Shown here: positions 24,546-35,100 of the stretch, one piece after another
How the letters are laid out: every line of letters starts with the position of its first letter
Position numbering within the stretch: the stretch's first letter is position 1
Assembly: GCA_046290465.1 (NCBI GenBank)
Contig: JBKAGP010000001.1
Span: 2,528,001-2,592,000 of the forward strand
Origin: Planctomycetota bacterium
Lineage (GTDB): Bacteria > Planctomycetota > UBA1135 > UBA2386
Direction: 5' to 3'
DNA: 64,000 nt
The notes under the pieces: model-generated
Told to the model about the DNA's origin: nothing
The model's input: the letters and a program-made list of their open reading frames with translations, nothing else
Databases searched by the model: none
Position numbers and translations under genes: made by a program

Positions 24546-25274
24546 ATGGCCCGCGTGAACCCAGCCATCCAGAAGGCGCGCGAACGTTCGCTGCTCGAAC
24601 TCAGCGAACGGCTGGGCTACGAGTTTCGCGACATCGCGCTGCTCGACCGCGCGCTGACGCACGCGTCGATGGGCAACGAGGGCAAGAAGAGCTACGAGCG
24701 GCTCGAGTTCCTCGGGGACGCGTTCTTGAACTTCGCCGTCGCCGACGTGCTGTTCCGTCAGGACAACGACGTCGCCGAGGGCCGCCTCACCGAAACCCGC
24801 GCCCGCATCGTCAGCCGCCAGCCGCTGGCCAGCGCTGCGCGGCGGCTCGACCTGCAGTCCCACCTGCTGTCGGGCAAGGGCCTGCGCGAGAGCGAGCGCG
24901 GCAGCGCCCGCATCCTCTGCGACCTGATGGAGTCGGTGCTGGGTGCCGTGCTGATCGACGGCGGCGTCACGCCGGCACGCGCGTTCGTGCGACGCCACAT
25001 CTTGCCCAAGAACGCCAAGGCTGACCCGGCCGCGGAGCAGGAGAAGGACGCCAAGACCGCGCTGCTGCACCACTGCCAGCACAACAAGCTGGGCCAGCCG
25101 CGCTACGAACTGGTCGAGACCATCGGCCTGCAGCACGAACAGGAGTTCGTCGTGCGCGCCCACCTCGAGGACGGCCGCGACGCCAGCGGCTCCGGCCGCA
25201 CCAAGCGCGCCGCCGAGAAACAGGCCGCCGCCCGCCTCCTGACCCGCCTCCGCAAACGGCGCCCAGCTTCGTAG
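24546..25274 (+). CDS. rnc: Ribonuclease III
   Basis: ALTHAS, ERLEFLGDA, D..ES.LGAV..DGG and C-terminal dsRBD (DAKTAL...G.GRTKRAAEKQAA). Confidence 0.95.
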   Translation: MARVNPAIQKARERSLLELSERLGYEFRDIALLDRALTHASMGNEGKKSYERLEFLGDAFLNFAVADVLFRQDNDVAEGRLTETRARIVSRQPLASAARRLDLQSHLLSGKGLRESERGSARILCDLMESVLGAVLIDGGVTPARAFVRRHILPKNAKADPAAEQEKDAKTALLHHCQHNKLGQPRYELVETIGLQHEQEFVVRAHLEDGRDASGSGRTKRAAEKQAAARLLTRLRKRRPAS

Positions 25275-25324
25275 ATCTGGTTCGCCTGGTGCCGGGTTGG
25301 TCGGTCTGGTTCCGCGACGGCGAC

Positions 25325-26191
25325 CTACACTCCACCCGGCCGGTCCGTAGCTTCCCTTCCCGGAACCAGAGTCGCGGACGGAACCGGAGCCGCGGATCGG
25401 AGCGGGCTTGCGAGCCGGCGGCGGGGTAGGAGCGGGGCGAGCAGGGCGGTGATGTAGTTGCGTTCGAACGGCTCGGCGATGCCGACCTTCTTCGGCATGC
25501 GGCGCGGGTCGTGGTAGGTGCCGAACGCGAGGTCCATCAGCGGACTCAGGTTGGCGAAGTTGACCATGCCGCGGGTCGCGATGGCATGGTGCCAGTGGTG
25601 CAGCCGCGGCGCGCCGATCAGGTAGCGCAGCGGGCCCGGATCGACGTTGGTGTTGGAGTGGATGAAGATCGCCCACATGCCGCGGAACACGGCGAAGCCA
25701 GCAATCGTGTACATCGGGAACCCGAGCAGCAGCAGCGGCACGTTCTCGACGGTGCGCGTGTAGAGGTTGTCGAGCGGATGCTCGCGGTGCGCCGCCAGCC
25801 AGTCCATGCGCTCGGCGGTGTGGTGCACGCGATGGAAGCGCCACAAAAACGCGTTGTGGTGCTGCCAGCGGTGCGCCCAGTAGATCGCGCAATCGCTGAT
25901 CAGGATCGCGACGCCGAACTGCAGCCACCACGGCCACGCTGCGAACGCGGCGCGTGCTCCCTGCAGAGACCCCTGCAGGGGCAGGTGCTCCATCTGCGCG
26001 TGGCCCCACGTGATCGCCAGCACGACCGGCGTGTTCCACAGCAGGTACTGCCCGAGGAAGTAGCAGAGATCCGCCCCGAACCCGCGCCGCAAGAACCCCT
26101 GGCGCCGCGCGGTGAACGTGCGCTCGAGCGGCAGGAAGATCAGCGTCAGGATCCCGAACGAGATCACCGCGTGCTCCAGGTCGTCGAACAT
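25325..26191 (-). CDS. Sterol desaturase/fatty acid hydroxylase family protein
   Basis: His boxes YWAHRWQHH, RFHRVHH, FIHSN and LHHWHH, plus NFA...DLAFGT. Confidence 0.9.
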   Translation of the reverse strand: MFDDLEHAVISFGILTLIFLPLERTFTARRQGFLRRGFGADLCYFLGQYLLWNTPVVLAITWGHAQMEHLPLQGSLQGARAAFAAWPWWLQFGVAILISDCAIYWAHRWQHHNAFLWRFHRVHHTAERMDWLAAHREHPLDNLYTRTVENVPLLLLGFPMYTIAGFAVFRGMWAIFIHSNTNVDPGPLRYLIGAPRLHHWHHAIATRGMVNFANLSPLMDLAFGTYHDPRRMPKKVGIAEPFERNYITALLAPLLPRRRLASPLRSAAPVPSATLVPGREATDRPGGV

Positions 26192-26193
26192 CG

Positions 26194-26646
26194 CTAGTCG
26201 CCGCCGCCTTTGCCGCCGCCCTTGCCGGCCCCCTTCTTGGCCGCGCCCGCGGCCGGCTTCTTCGGCGCGCCACCCGCCGGCCCGGCCTTCTCGCCGCTGG
26301 CCGCAGGCTCGGCCGGGATCACCAGGACCTTCGACGACGGCAGCAGCGGCGCCGGCTGCACGTCCTGGATCGGAACGCTGCCCGACTTGCTGCTGGACAG
26401 CAACGGCTCCTCCAGCACGACGTCCTTCGAGGACGGCAGCAACACGGCATCGGGCTGGTCGCCAGCAGCACCACCACCGCCATCGCCATCGACCGGCTGC
26501 GGCGCCGCCTGCCCGGGCCGCTGCGCCTGCCGCCGGTCCGCGCCCTGCTGCGCGTGGTAGACCAGATAGCCGACGACGCCGATCGCGATCACGACGGCGA
26601 ACACCTTGAAGACGGGAGAAGACGACGAAGCGTGGCTGCGGCTCAT
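26194..26646 (-). CDS. Small membrane-anchored protein with three LL(P/S)SSK repeats
   Basis: N-terminal TM VFAVVIAIGVVGYLVY; repeats LLPSSK, LLSSSK, LLPSSK; stop lies 2 bp before the desaturase start. Confidence 0.65.
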   Translation of the reverse strand: MSRSHASSSSPVFKVFAVVIAIGVVGYLVYHAQQGADRRQAQRPGQAAPQPVDGDGGGGAAGDQPDAVLLPSSKDVVLEEPLLSSSKSGSVPIQDVQPAPLLPSSKVLVIPAEPAASGEKAGPAGGAPKKPAAGAAKKGAGKGGGKGGGD

Positions 26647-26755
26647 GGCATTTCCTGGAAGGCTTCGTTCTAGCCGAGCCGACCGACCGGTTCGGTAAGC
26701 GCCGCGTCAGCCTCCGCGATTGCAACCCGGAGCGGAAGCCCCCACGATCCCGCCC

Positions 26756-27598
26756 ATGGCAACGATCGCAGTCTTGGGCACCGGCCTCCTCGGTGCAGCC
26801 TTCGTGGAGAACCTCCTCGAGAAGGGCCACACCGTCCGCGTCTGGAACCGCACCCGGGAGAAGCTACAGCCGCTGGTCGACAAGGGCGCCATTGCCGCCG
26901 ACGACCCCGCCGACTGCGTGCGCGGCGCCGAGCGCGTGCACCTGGTGCTGGCCGAGGACACCGCGGTGGACGCCGTGATCCCGCAACTCCTGCCCGGCCT
27001 CGGCGACAACGTGCCGCTGGTCGACTTCTCGACCAACCTGCCGCAGAAGGTGCGCGAACGGTTCGAACGGCTGCGCGCCGCCGGCGTTCGCTACGTCTCG
27101 TCGCCGGTGTTCATGGCGCCCAAGCACGCCCGCGAGGCCAGCGGCCTGATCGTCATGAGCGGCCCCGCGGCCGACGCCGACGAACTGCGCCCGGCACTCG
27201 AGACGATGACCGGCAAGTTCTGGTACGTCGGCGAGCGCGTCGACCTCGCGGCGATCTACAAGCTCGCCGGCAACGCGTTCTACTTCGCCGTCACCGCCGC
27301 GGTCGGCGACACGCTGGCGCTCGGCCGCGCCAACGGCGTCGACGGCGCGACCATGATGCAGTTGTTCCAGGAGTTCAAGCCGGGCAGCGGCCTGCACATG
27401 GTCGAGCAGCGCATCGCCAGCGCCGGCAGCGGCACCGCGAGCTTCGAGATGACGATGGCGCACAAGGACGCACGCCTGACCAGGGAAGCGTCCGGCGACC
27501 AGCACCTCTACGTGCTGCCCGCGGTGCTCGACGGCCTGCAGCGCGGCATCGACAAGGGCCACGGCGAGGCGGACTTCGCCGCCTTCGCCAAGGTCTGA
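26756..27598 (+). CDS. NAD(P)-dependent oxidoreductase, beta-hydroxyacid dehydrogenase family
   Basis: IAVLGTGLLG, VWNRT, VDFST, YKLAGN catalytic Lys motif and HKDARL. Confidence 0.85.
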   Translation: MATIAVLGTGLLGAAFVENLLEKGHTVRVWNRTREKLQPLVDKGAIAADDPADCVRGAERVHLVLAEDTAVDAVIPQLLPGLGDNVPLVDFSTNLPQKVRERFERLRAAGVRYVSSPVFMAPKHAREASGLIVMSGPAADADELRPALETMTGKFWYVGERVDLAAIYKLAGNAFYFAVTAAVGDTLALGRANGVDGATMMQLFQEFKPGSGLHMVEQRIASAGSGTASFEMTMAHKDARLTREASGDQHLYVLPAVLDGLQRGIDKGHGEADFAAFAKV

Positions 27599-27607
27599 GC
27601 GGCACGC

Positions 27608-28711
27608 CTACTTGTCGAAGTCGAGTTCGGGCAGCTTCTCGCTCTTGTCGCCGCGCGCATCGAAGACCTTCAGCTTCAGCGGGATCCTGGCGCTCTCGAC
27701 GTCGCGCGGACTCAGGTGCTTGCGCTTGCCGAGCCGTTCGATCAGCTGATCGAGCTCGGCGCGACGGCGCTCGAAGCCCGCACGGGTCTCGGCCTCGAGC
27801 TGCTCGGCGCCCTTCCACTGCACGAACAAGGAAGGGTAGATGCCGACGTCGGTGCCGGCCGCGGCGTTGAGCCACAGCATCGCAACGGTCAACGACGGCC
27901 GTTCCTGACGGGCATGGCCCTCGAGCTGATACGCCTGGTAGACCGCCTTCTCCTTGCGGCTCAGGTAGATCGCGGGCAGCGGGTCCACGGCCGGCACGAC
28001 CACCCGATCGCCCTGTTCGCCCGAACCGCGCGTCGTCAGGTCCAGCTCGACCAACGGCGGAAAGCCGGGCTCGGTCTTGAGTCGCGGCGGCTTGCGGCCG
28101 CCGCCGAGGCCGACGGCACTGTTCCACACGTTGTCGGGATCGCCGTCCTCGACCGTCACGGTGAACGTGATCTCGGCGCCTTCGAGCGCGTACAGCACCA
28201 GATCGCGCACGCCGCGCTTCTTGTGGATCAGCAGCTGCCCGGCCGCACGTCGCACCAGGTCCCGGTTGGACGCCGGCTGCTTCGCGATGCGAACCAGGTC
28301 CATCGCGTAGGCCACCGGATCCTGCGCCATCACCGCGAACGCCGCGTCACGGGTCAGCGGATGCTCCAGCAGGCGCGCCAGCACCGCCGGCGGCGCCTTG
28401 CGGCCGACGCGCAGCAGGCCGTCGAGCAGGTGCAGCTGCACGACCAGCTGGGTGTCGGTCAGCTCGTCGCCGGTCGCGGCCCACTCGTTGAGTTCGCGCA
28501 GGATGCCGCCGCCAGCCTTGTAGAGGCGATACTTGCCCGCGAGGTAGGCTCCCCACGCCACGTCGCCCGCCTGGTCGGACTTCAGCAGTTCCTTGACGCG
28601 CGGCAGCAGCAGGTCGTCGAGTTGATCGCCGTGATCCTGCGCAGCCGCCTCGTGGGCACACAGCAGAACGGGCAGCAGCAGCGACAGCAGACGGGACACG
28701 GGGCTCCTCAT
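27608..28711 (-). CDS. Secreted hypothetical protein
   Basis: Signal-peptide-like MRSPVSRLLSLLLPVLLCAHEAAAQ and coding-like codon usage. Confidence 0.6.
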   Translation of the reverse strand: MRSPVSRLLSLLLPVLLCAHEAAAQDHGDQLDDLLLPRVKELLKSDQAGDVAWGAYLAGKYRLYKAGGGILRELNEWAATGDELTDTQLVVQLHLLDGLLRVGRKAPPAVLARLLEHPLTRDAAFAVMAQDPVAYAMDLVRIAKQPASNRDLVRRAAGQLLIHKKRGVRDLVLYALEGAEITFTVTVEDGDPDNVWNSAVGLGGGRKPPRLKTEPGFPPLVELDLTTRGSGEQGDRVVVPAVDPLPAIYLSRKEKAVYQAYQLEGHARQERPSLTVAMLWLNAAAGTDVGIYPSLFVQWKGAEQLEAETRAGFERRRAELDQLIERLGKRKHLSPRDVESARIPLKLKVFDARGDKSEKLPELDFDK

Positions 28712-28778
28712 GGCGCCCATCATGCCACGGAGCGGCGCCGGCAGCCGACAGGTCCGCGCCAGAGAACGGGCCATCGGG

Positions 28779-31529
28779 CTACATCTTCTCGATCCTGGCG
28801 CGCAGGGCGGCGGCGCGGTCGGTGTCTCCCTGCGCGAGCCGCACCTGCAGCAGGTGCTGGTGCAGCCGCCGGACCAGGCCCGGCGGTGCGCCGCCGCAGC
28901 GTTCGCAGCCGGCGATCGCCCGCTCGATCCACTGCCCGGCCTCACCGTGGCGGCCCATCATGAACAGCGTCGAATACAGCGGCGTCAACGCGCCCCAGGT
29001 GCGCAGGTCCTGCTCGCCGAAGGCCGCGAGCCGGCGCCGGTGGCCGTCGCGGGCGAGTTCGACCGCCCGTTCGAAGTCGCGATGCACGTAGCAGGCGCGC
29101 ACCAGCGCATCGATCCCGCGCAGCACCAGCTCGTGCTCGGGCCCGTGGATCGTGCGGCGCATCTGCAGCGCCCGCTCGGCGAGCGCGAGGCTGCGACGGC
29201 GCTGCTCTTCGGAGCCTGCGAGCAGCGCGTAGTGCTCGAGGGCCGCGGCGTGCTGCGGCGTCGGCTCGCCGGCGACCGCGTCGAACACCTCGATCGCCTC
29301 GGCGAGCCGTTGCTCGGCATCGTCGATGCGCCCGGCCCCCACCAGCGCGACGCCGAGTTCGGTCAGGCAGACGCCAAGCTCCGGATGGGGCGCCGCGTAT
29401 TGTTGGCGGAAGATCGCGAGCGCCTCGGTCGACAGCGCGATCGCCTCGTCGAAGCGGCCGAGAGAACGTTCGAGCACCGACAGGTTGTCGAGCGCGATCG
29501 CGAGCTCACGGTGCGGGGTCTCGCCGAAGACGCGACGCCGGATCGCGAGCGACTCGCGCAGCAGCGGCGCGCCCTCGTCGCGGCGGCCGTGTTCGACCAG
29601 GCAGTGGCCGAGGTTCTGCAGCAGCGTCGCCAGCCGCAGGGTGTCAGGTTCGTGGCGGCGCGCCAGCGCGACGTCGTCACGCCAGCCGGCGACCGCCTCC
29701 TGCCAGCGGTCGGCCGCGGCGAGCACCGTCGACAGCGTGCTGTGCAGTTTTTGCCAGGCGCGCCCCGGTCGCTGCACCAACGCGAGCTGGTCGCGCAGCA
29801 GCCGCTCGGCGCGGCTGAGGTCCCGCCGCGCCCGCGCCAGCATGCTGGCCAGCCGGCGGCTCGCGTAGCGCCGGACCACCGCGTCGCCGTCGATCGACGG
29901 ACGCTGCAGCACGCGCTCGAAGCGTGCCATGGCGCGCTCGTGATCGCCGACCGCGTCCTCCTGATCGGCCTCGGCCAGCTCCAGGCGAAGCTGCTGCAGC
30001 GGCCCCGACAGCTCGCTCGCGGCGTAGCACGCGCGCGCGCGGGAGAGGTGATGGGCACTCGCCTGCAGTTCGCCGCGCGCATGGAACGCCTCGAACAGCA
30101 GCAGGTGCACGCTGCCCTGCACGAACGGCTCGTCGCCGTGCTCGTCGTCGACCTGCGCGGCAAAGCGCCGCACGACCTCCTCCATGTCGGCGGGCCGGCC
30201 GCCGTTGTGGTGCGGCACCGACTCGAGGATCAGTTCTTCGAGCACGGCGACCGAACGGTCGAGCGCCTGGCCGCGCAGCCGTTCGCGCAGCAGGGCCCGT
30301 TCGGCGACGTCGCGGGCGGCACGCGCCTCGCCGCGCTCCAGCAGCGCCCAGACCATGCCACCGCCGAGCGACGCCAGCACCAGCAGCGCCGCCGAGCACG
30401 CCACGCGGTGCCGGCGCACGAACTTGCGCAGCCGGTAGAGCGTGCTCGGGCGCCGCGCGACCACCGGCTCGTCGTCGAGCACCCGCTGCAGGTCGCGCGC
30501 CAGCGCGCCGGCGTCGGCGTAGCGCAGCGCCGGGTCCGCCGCCATCGCCTTGCCGACGACGGTCTCGACATCGGAGCCGGCGAGCGCGGGGCAGTGGCGG
30601 CCGAGCGGTTCGGGTTCGCGCTCGACGACCTGGCGGATCACGGCCGCGAGCGAAGTGTCGGGCAGGTCGAGCGGCGGCCGACCGGACAGCAGCTCGTAGG
30701 CGACGACGCCGAGCGAGTAGACGTCGATGCGCGCATCGAGCCGCGCGTCGCTGCGCGCCCCGCCGACCGAAGCCAGCAGCTCCGGCGCCATGTAGGTGAC
30801 GGTGCCGAGCACCTGCCCGGAGCGGGTCTGCAGGCGGTGGCCGCCGCCGTCGAGCACGCGCGCGATGCCGAAGTCGAGCACCTTGACGCGCCCCTGGCGG
30901 TCGACCAGCACGTTCTGCGGCTTGAGGTCGCGGTGCAGCACGCGCTGCGTGTGGGCGTGCGCGACCGCCTCGCACAGCTCCACGACGAGGCGCAGCCGCT
31001 CGGCGACGGGCAGGTCGCGACCGGCGCACCAGGCATCGATCGGTTCGCCGTCGACGAGCTCCATGACCAGGTAGGGAACGCCGTCGAACGCCGCCGCGTG
31101 GCCGACCCCGTAGACCTGCGCGATGCCCGGATGCGACAGCCGCGCCAGCGCGTCGCCCTCCTGCTGCAGGCGCGCCCGGCCGTGCTCGTCCTGCGCCATC
31201 GCGAACGACAGCGTCTTCAGCGCGACGCGCCGTTCGGGCTGCTGCTGCTGCGCCTCGTAGACGACCCCCATGCCGCCGCGGCCGAGCTCGCGCACGATCC
31301 GGAAGCCGTCGATGGTGCTGCCGACGAACGGCGACAGCACGCGTTCGGCGTGGTCGGCGACCGCGAACGTGAACGGATCGCGATCGCCGAGTTCGGCGTC
31401 GGCGCGCAGCAGCGACGTGACCCGCCGCCGCAGCTCGACGTCGTCGATCTCCGCCAGCAGCCCCGCGCGGCCGGCCTCGTCGAGTTCGACCGCCTCCAGG
31501 AACAGCTGCATCTCCCGCGGCTCACTCAT
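28779..31529 (-). CDS. Membrane Ser/Thr protein kinase with C-terminal TPR-like repeats
   Basis: LGRGGMGVVY, VALK, HRDLKPQN, DFG, GT..YMAPE, DVYSLG, a TM helix, then helical repeats (LQNLG, LDNLS). Confidence 0.93.
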   Translation of the reverse strand: MSEPREMQLFLEAVELDEAGRAGLLAEIDDVELRRRVTSLLRADAELGDRDPFTFAVADHAERVLSPFVGSTIDGFRIVRELGRGGMGVVYEAQQQQPERRVALKTLSFAMAQDEHGRARLQQEGDALARLSHPGIAQVYGVGHAAAFDGVPYLVMELVDGEPIDAWCAGRDLPVAERLRLVVELCEAVAHAHTQRVLHRDLKPQNVLVDRQGRVKVLDFGIARVLDGGGHRLQTRSGQVLGTVTYMAPELLASVGGARSDARLDARIDVYSLGVVAYELLSGRPPLDLPDTSLAAVIRQVVEREPEPLGRHCPALAGSDVETVVGKAMAADPALRYADAGALARDLQRVLDDEPVVARRPSTLYRLRKFVRRHRVACSAALLVLASLGGGMVWALLERGEARAARDVAERALLRERLRGQALDRSVAVLEELILESVPHHNGGRPADMEEVVRRFAAQVDDEHGDEPFVQGSVHLLLFEAFHARGELQASAHHLSRARACYAASELSGPLQQLRLELAEADQEDAVGDHERAMARFERVLQRPSIDGDAVVRRYASRRLASMLARARRDLSRAERLLRDQLALVQRPGRAWQKLHSTLSTVLAAADRWQEAVAGWRDDVALARRHEPDTLRLATLLQNLGHCLVEHGRRDEGAPLLRESLAIRRRVFGETPHRELAIALDNLSVLERSLGRFDEAIALSTEALAIFRQQYAAPHPELGVCLTELGVALVGAGRIDDAEQRLAEAIEVFDAVAGEPTPQHAAALEHYALLAGSEEQRRRSLALAERALQMRRTIHGPEHELVLRGIDALVRACYVHRDFERAVELARDGHRRRLAAFGEQDLRTWGALTPLYSTLFMMGRHGEAGQWIERAIAGCERCGGAPPGLVRRLHQHLLQVRLAQGDTDRAAALRARIEKM

Positions 31530-32110
31530 CGTGCCTCCTCCTCACGCAGGCGGTCGTGCAGCCACGCGCGCGCGAACTGCCAGTGGCGTTTGACGGTCGG
31601 CGCCGAACAGCCGAGCGCCAGCGCCGTCTCGTCGATCGTCAGGCCGGCGAAGAAGCGCAACTCGACCACCTGCGCGCAGGCCTCGGAGACCCGTTCGAGC
31701 CCGGCGAGCGCCTCGTGCAGGTTGAGCACCGCCGCACCCTGGGCCCACCGCTCGTCCGCCGGCTCGCAGCCGGACAGGGTTACGCGCAGGCGATCGCCGC
31801 CGCGCCGGTCCGCCTGCCGCGCGCGCGCGTGGTCGACCAGCACCCGCCGCATCGCGCGCGCCGCGGCGCCGAAGAAGTGCGCGCGACGTTCGAACGCGAC
31901 CGGCGCGTCGGGGTCGGTGCCGGCCAGCGACAGCCAGGCGTCGTGCACCAGCATCGTCGCCTGCACCAGGGACGCCGCGTCCTCGCGCCGCAGCAGCCGC
32001 CCGGCGAGGTCGCGCAGCTCGCCGTAGACGCGTTCGAGCAGCCGCTCCCGCGCCTGCTGCTCGCCGCGCGCGACGGCCTGCAGCAGCCTGGTGATCGGTT
32101 CGGGAGCCAT
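31526..32110 (-). CDS. ECF sigma factor, kinase-associated (TIGR02999/ECF43-like)
   Basis: ITRLL...VYGELRDLA, LVQATMLVHDAW, HFFGAAARAMRRVLVDHAR and VELRFFAGLT...W.FARAWL. Overlaps the kinase start. Confidence 0.9.
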   Translation of the reverse strand: MAPEPITRLLQAVARGEQQARERLLERVYGELRDLAGRLLRREDAASLVQATMLVHDAWLSLAGTDPDAPVAFERRAHFFGAAARAMRRVLVDHARARQADRRGGDRLRVTLSGCEPADERWAQGAAVLNLHEALAGLERVSEACAQVVELRFFAGLTIDETALALGCSAPTVKRHWQFARAWLHDRLREEEAR

Positions 32111-32175
32111 GTACGCATCGACGATAGGCAGGCCGCGCACGCCCGACCAGGGGCCGCGCGCGACCCGCGCGAGGC

Positions 32176-35100
32176 TCACTGGCCGATGCCGCTGTAGACG
32201 GCGTTGGTCAGCGTGATCGAGCCGTTCTGCCGCAGCCAGGCGCCCTGCGTCGCGAAGGCGACCCCGACCAGGCTGGTGTCGCTCGGCACCACGAACGAGC
32301 CCTCGAACCCGGGCGCCGCGCCGGCAGCCGCGACCACCGTGCCGCTGGGGTCGACGTGCAGCCAGCAGCCCAGCGCCGCCACGGCCGGACCGAGCTGGCC
32401 GCCGAGCAGCACGAAGCCGAGGTCGCCGACATCGCCGCCGATCTGCCGGACCTCTACCGGTTGGCCGACCCGAGCCGGCGTCGTCAGCAGGCGGCTGCGG
32501 CCGTCGCACGGCACGCCGACGACCTGGTTGGACGCACCGGGCGCCGCGAACCGCACCAGCTCGTTGCCGTCCTGCGGCGACCACAGGCCGCCGACGATCG
32601 TCGAGCCGACGACCTGCGGCTCCTGCAGCTCGCCGTCGAACAGCGCCAGCACGCCATTCTCGTCGAGTTCGTAGACGACGCGGTCCTCCGCGACCGAACC
32701 CGAGGCGCTGAACACGACGCTGCCGCCGACCTGCACGAAGTGGTCGGGCGACGACGACTCGCCGCCCTCGAGCAGATCGACCTGCTCGACCTGCGCCGAG
32801 GTCAGCAGCCGCAGTTCGTTGCCGGCGTCGACCGAGGTGCCCGACGCGACCCACTTGCCGTCGACGAAGTGGAACTCCTCGACCTCGATCTCCGCGTCGG
32901 CGGCGCCGAGGTTGACGTCCTGCACCAGCTGCGCCTGCCCGGCCGCATCGACGGCGTACGGCTCCTCGCCGAGGTTGTTGAAGAACGCCTCCATCATCAG
33001 GATCAGATCGACCGCCTGGCCGAAGCCGAGGAAGTTGGCCAGCCCGACCACCAGGAAGCTGCCGCCGGTGTCGAACAGCACCGCGACGTTGCCGCCGATG
33101 TCGGTGCCGTCGTCGACCGTCAGTTGCAGGACCTTGGTCGAACCGCCGACGAACGCGGTGAACAGCAGCGACGTCTCGTCGCGCGCGGCCGAGAACTTCT
33201 GCGGGCCGCTGCCCGACGCGCCGGGCACCAGGTCGAGCAACAGGTCGACGGTGGTGCCGTCGTAGGCGAACAGCTCGGCGCCGTGCACGCCGTCGTTGGC
33301 GCCGAACACGACCAGGTTGGCGCCCGACTCCGGATCGATGATGCGGTTGAGCTCGCCCGCGAACGACGACGAACCACCGGGGCGCACGTCGAACACCTGC
33401 ACGCCGGCCACGCCGTTGCGGGCGACGACGATCTCGCGGCCTTGCGACGTGGTCACCGCGGTGCACACCAGCGTCTGGTGGTCGAACGCGATCAGCTGCT
33501 GCGGCGACGACGACAGCGGGCCGCTGCGGATGTCGGCGACCAGCTCGGCGGGCCCGCCATCGGTCGAGCGGTAGAGTTCGGTGCCGATGCCGTTGGCGTT
33601 GGCGGTCCAGTAGGCGGTCCGGCCGACGATCGTCAGCCGCGCCGGGTTGCCGTCGTCGGGGCCGGGCACGACCTCGATCGGGCTGGCGCTCTGGCCGTCG
33701 AAGAAGAACACCTCCTCGCCGTGCGCCTGCGTCTCGGCCACGAAGTAGAACGCAACCGCGTCGATCGGCCGCACCGAGCGCGGCCGGCTGCCGGCCGTGC
33801 CGACGACCGGCACCAGGTCGTGCACGACGGTGCCGGTCGCGGTGCCGTCGCTGACGGTCAGCTCCGGGCCGTCCGGACCGTTCGCCGAACACAGCAGGCG
33901 GGCGCCGCAGCAGAACAGGTCGGTCGGCTGGCTGCCGTCGGCACCGGGCAACAGGTCGACGACCAGTTGCGTGCCGGCCGGCGTGCCGTCGGTCACGAAC
34001 AGCTCCTCGCCGGTCGCCGCCGAACGGGCGCGAAAGAACACCAGCGCGCCACAGCAGACCGTTTCGCGCAACAGCGAACTGGCCGTGCCCGGCGCCAGGT
34101 CGGCCAGCCGCAGCGTGCCGGCGGCGGTGCCGTCGGAGGCCCACGGCTCGTCGAAGGCGCTGTCACCGCTGGCACCGAACACCAGCCTGCCAGCGCAGAC
34201 GATCAGGTCGTGCGGGTTGCTCGACGCAGCACCGGGCCGGAGGTCGACCAGCAGCGCGGTGCCGGCGGTCGTGCCGTCGCTGACGTGCAGTTCGCGGCCG
34301 ACGCCGGGACCGTTGGCGCTGAAGACCACCAGGCTGCCGAAGCAGGTCAGCTCGGTCGGCGCGCTCGACGAGCCGCCGGCCTGCAGGTCGCGTACCAGCC
34401 GCGTGTTGGCCGCGGTGCCGTCGGTCGCGAACAGCTCGGTGCCAGCGACCCCGTCGTTACCGCGGAAGAACAGTTCGCCGTTGCAGCACACCGGCGGCTC
34501 GGAGGCGACCACGCCGTTGTCGGCCCCGGGGTTGAGGTCGACGACCAACGCGGTGCCGGCCGCGGTGCCGTCGCTGACGTAGAGTTCGTCGCCGGTCGCG
34601 CCGTCGTCGGCGCAGAACAGCACCTGGCCGCCGCAGCAGACGAACCGGTGCGCTTCGGCAGAACCCGGCAGCGAACCGCGCGGACCGGGTTGCAGATCCG
34701 CCAGCAGGATCGTGCTCGCGGCGGCGCCGTTGGTGCGGTGCGGCTCGCGGCCCGCACCGGCGGCGAACGCCGTGAAGAACAGGTCCGCGCCGCAGACGGT
34801 CAGGCCGGCCGGAGCCGAACCCGCCGCTCCGGGCGCGACGTCGACCGCCAGCACCGTGCCGCCGGCGGTGCCGTCGGTCCGCCACAGTTCGCGGCCGGCG
34901 ACGCCGTCCGAAGCCGAGAACCAGACCTCGCCCTGGAACACCACGAAGTCGTCGGGATGCGAGCCGCGGCTGCCGACGTGGATGTCCTTGAGCAGCTGCG
35001 GGGCGCCACCGTTGTCCGGCAGCAGCCACAGCTCGCGGCCGGCGACGGCGTCGTCGGCGGCGAAGATGCAGCCGATCCCGGGCAGGGTCGCGCCGAAGCC

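Noticed and set aside
32600..35100. Regularly spaced GTGCCGTC-like nucleotide repeats, possibly a CRISPR array
   Set aside because: They are the coding sequence of the DGT motif in ELWxxDGT protein repeats: degenerate and in frame.
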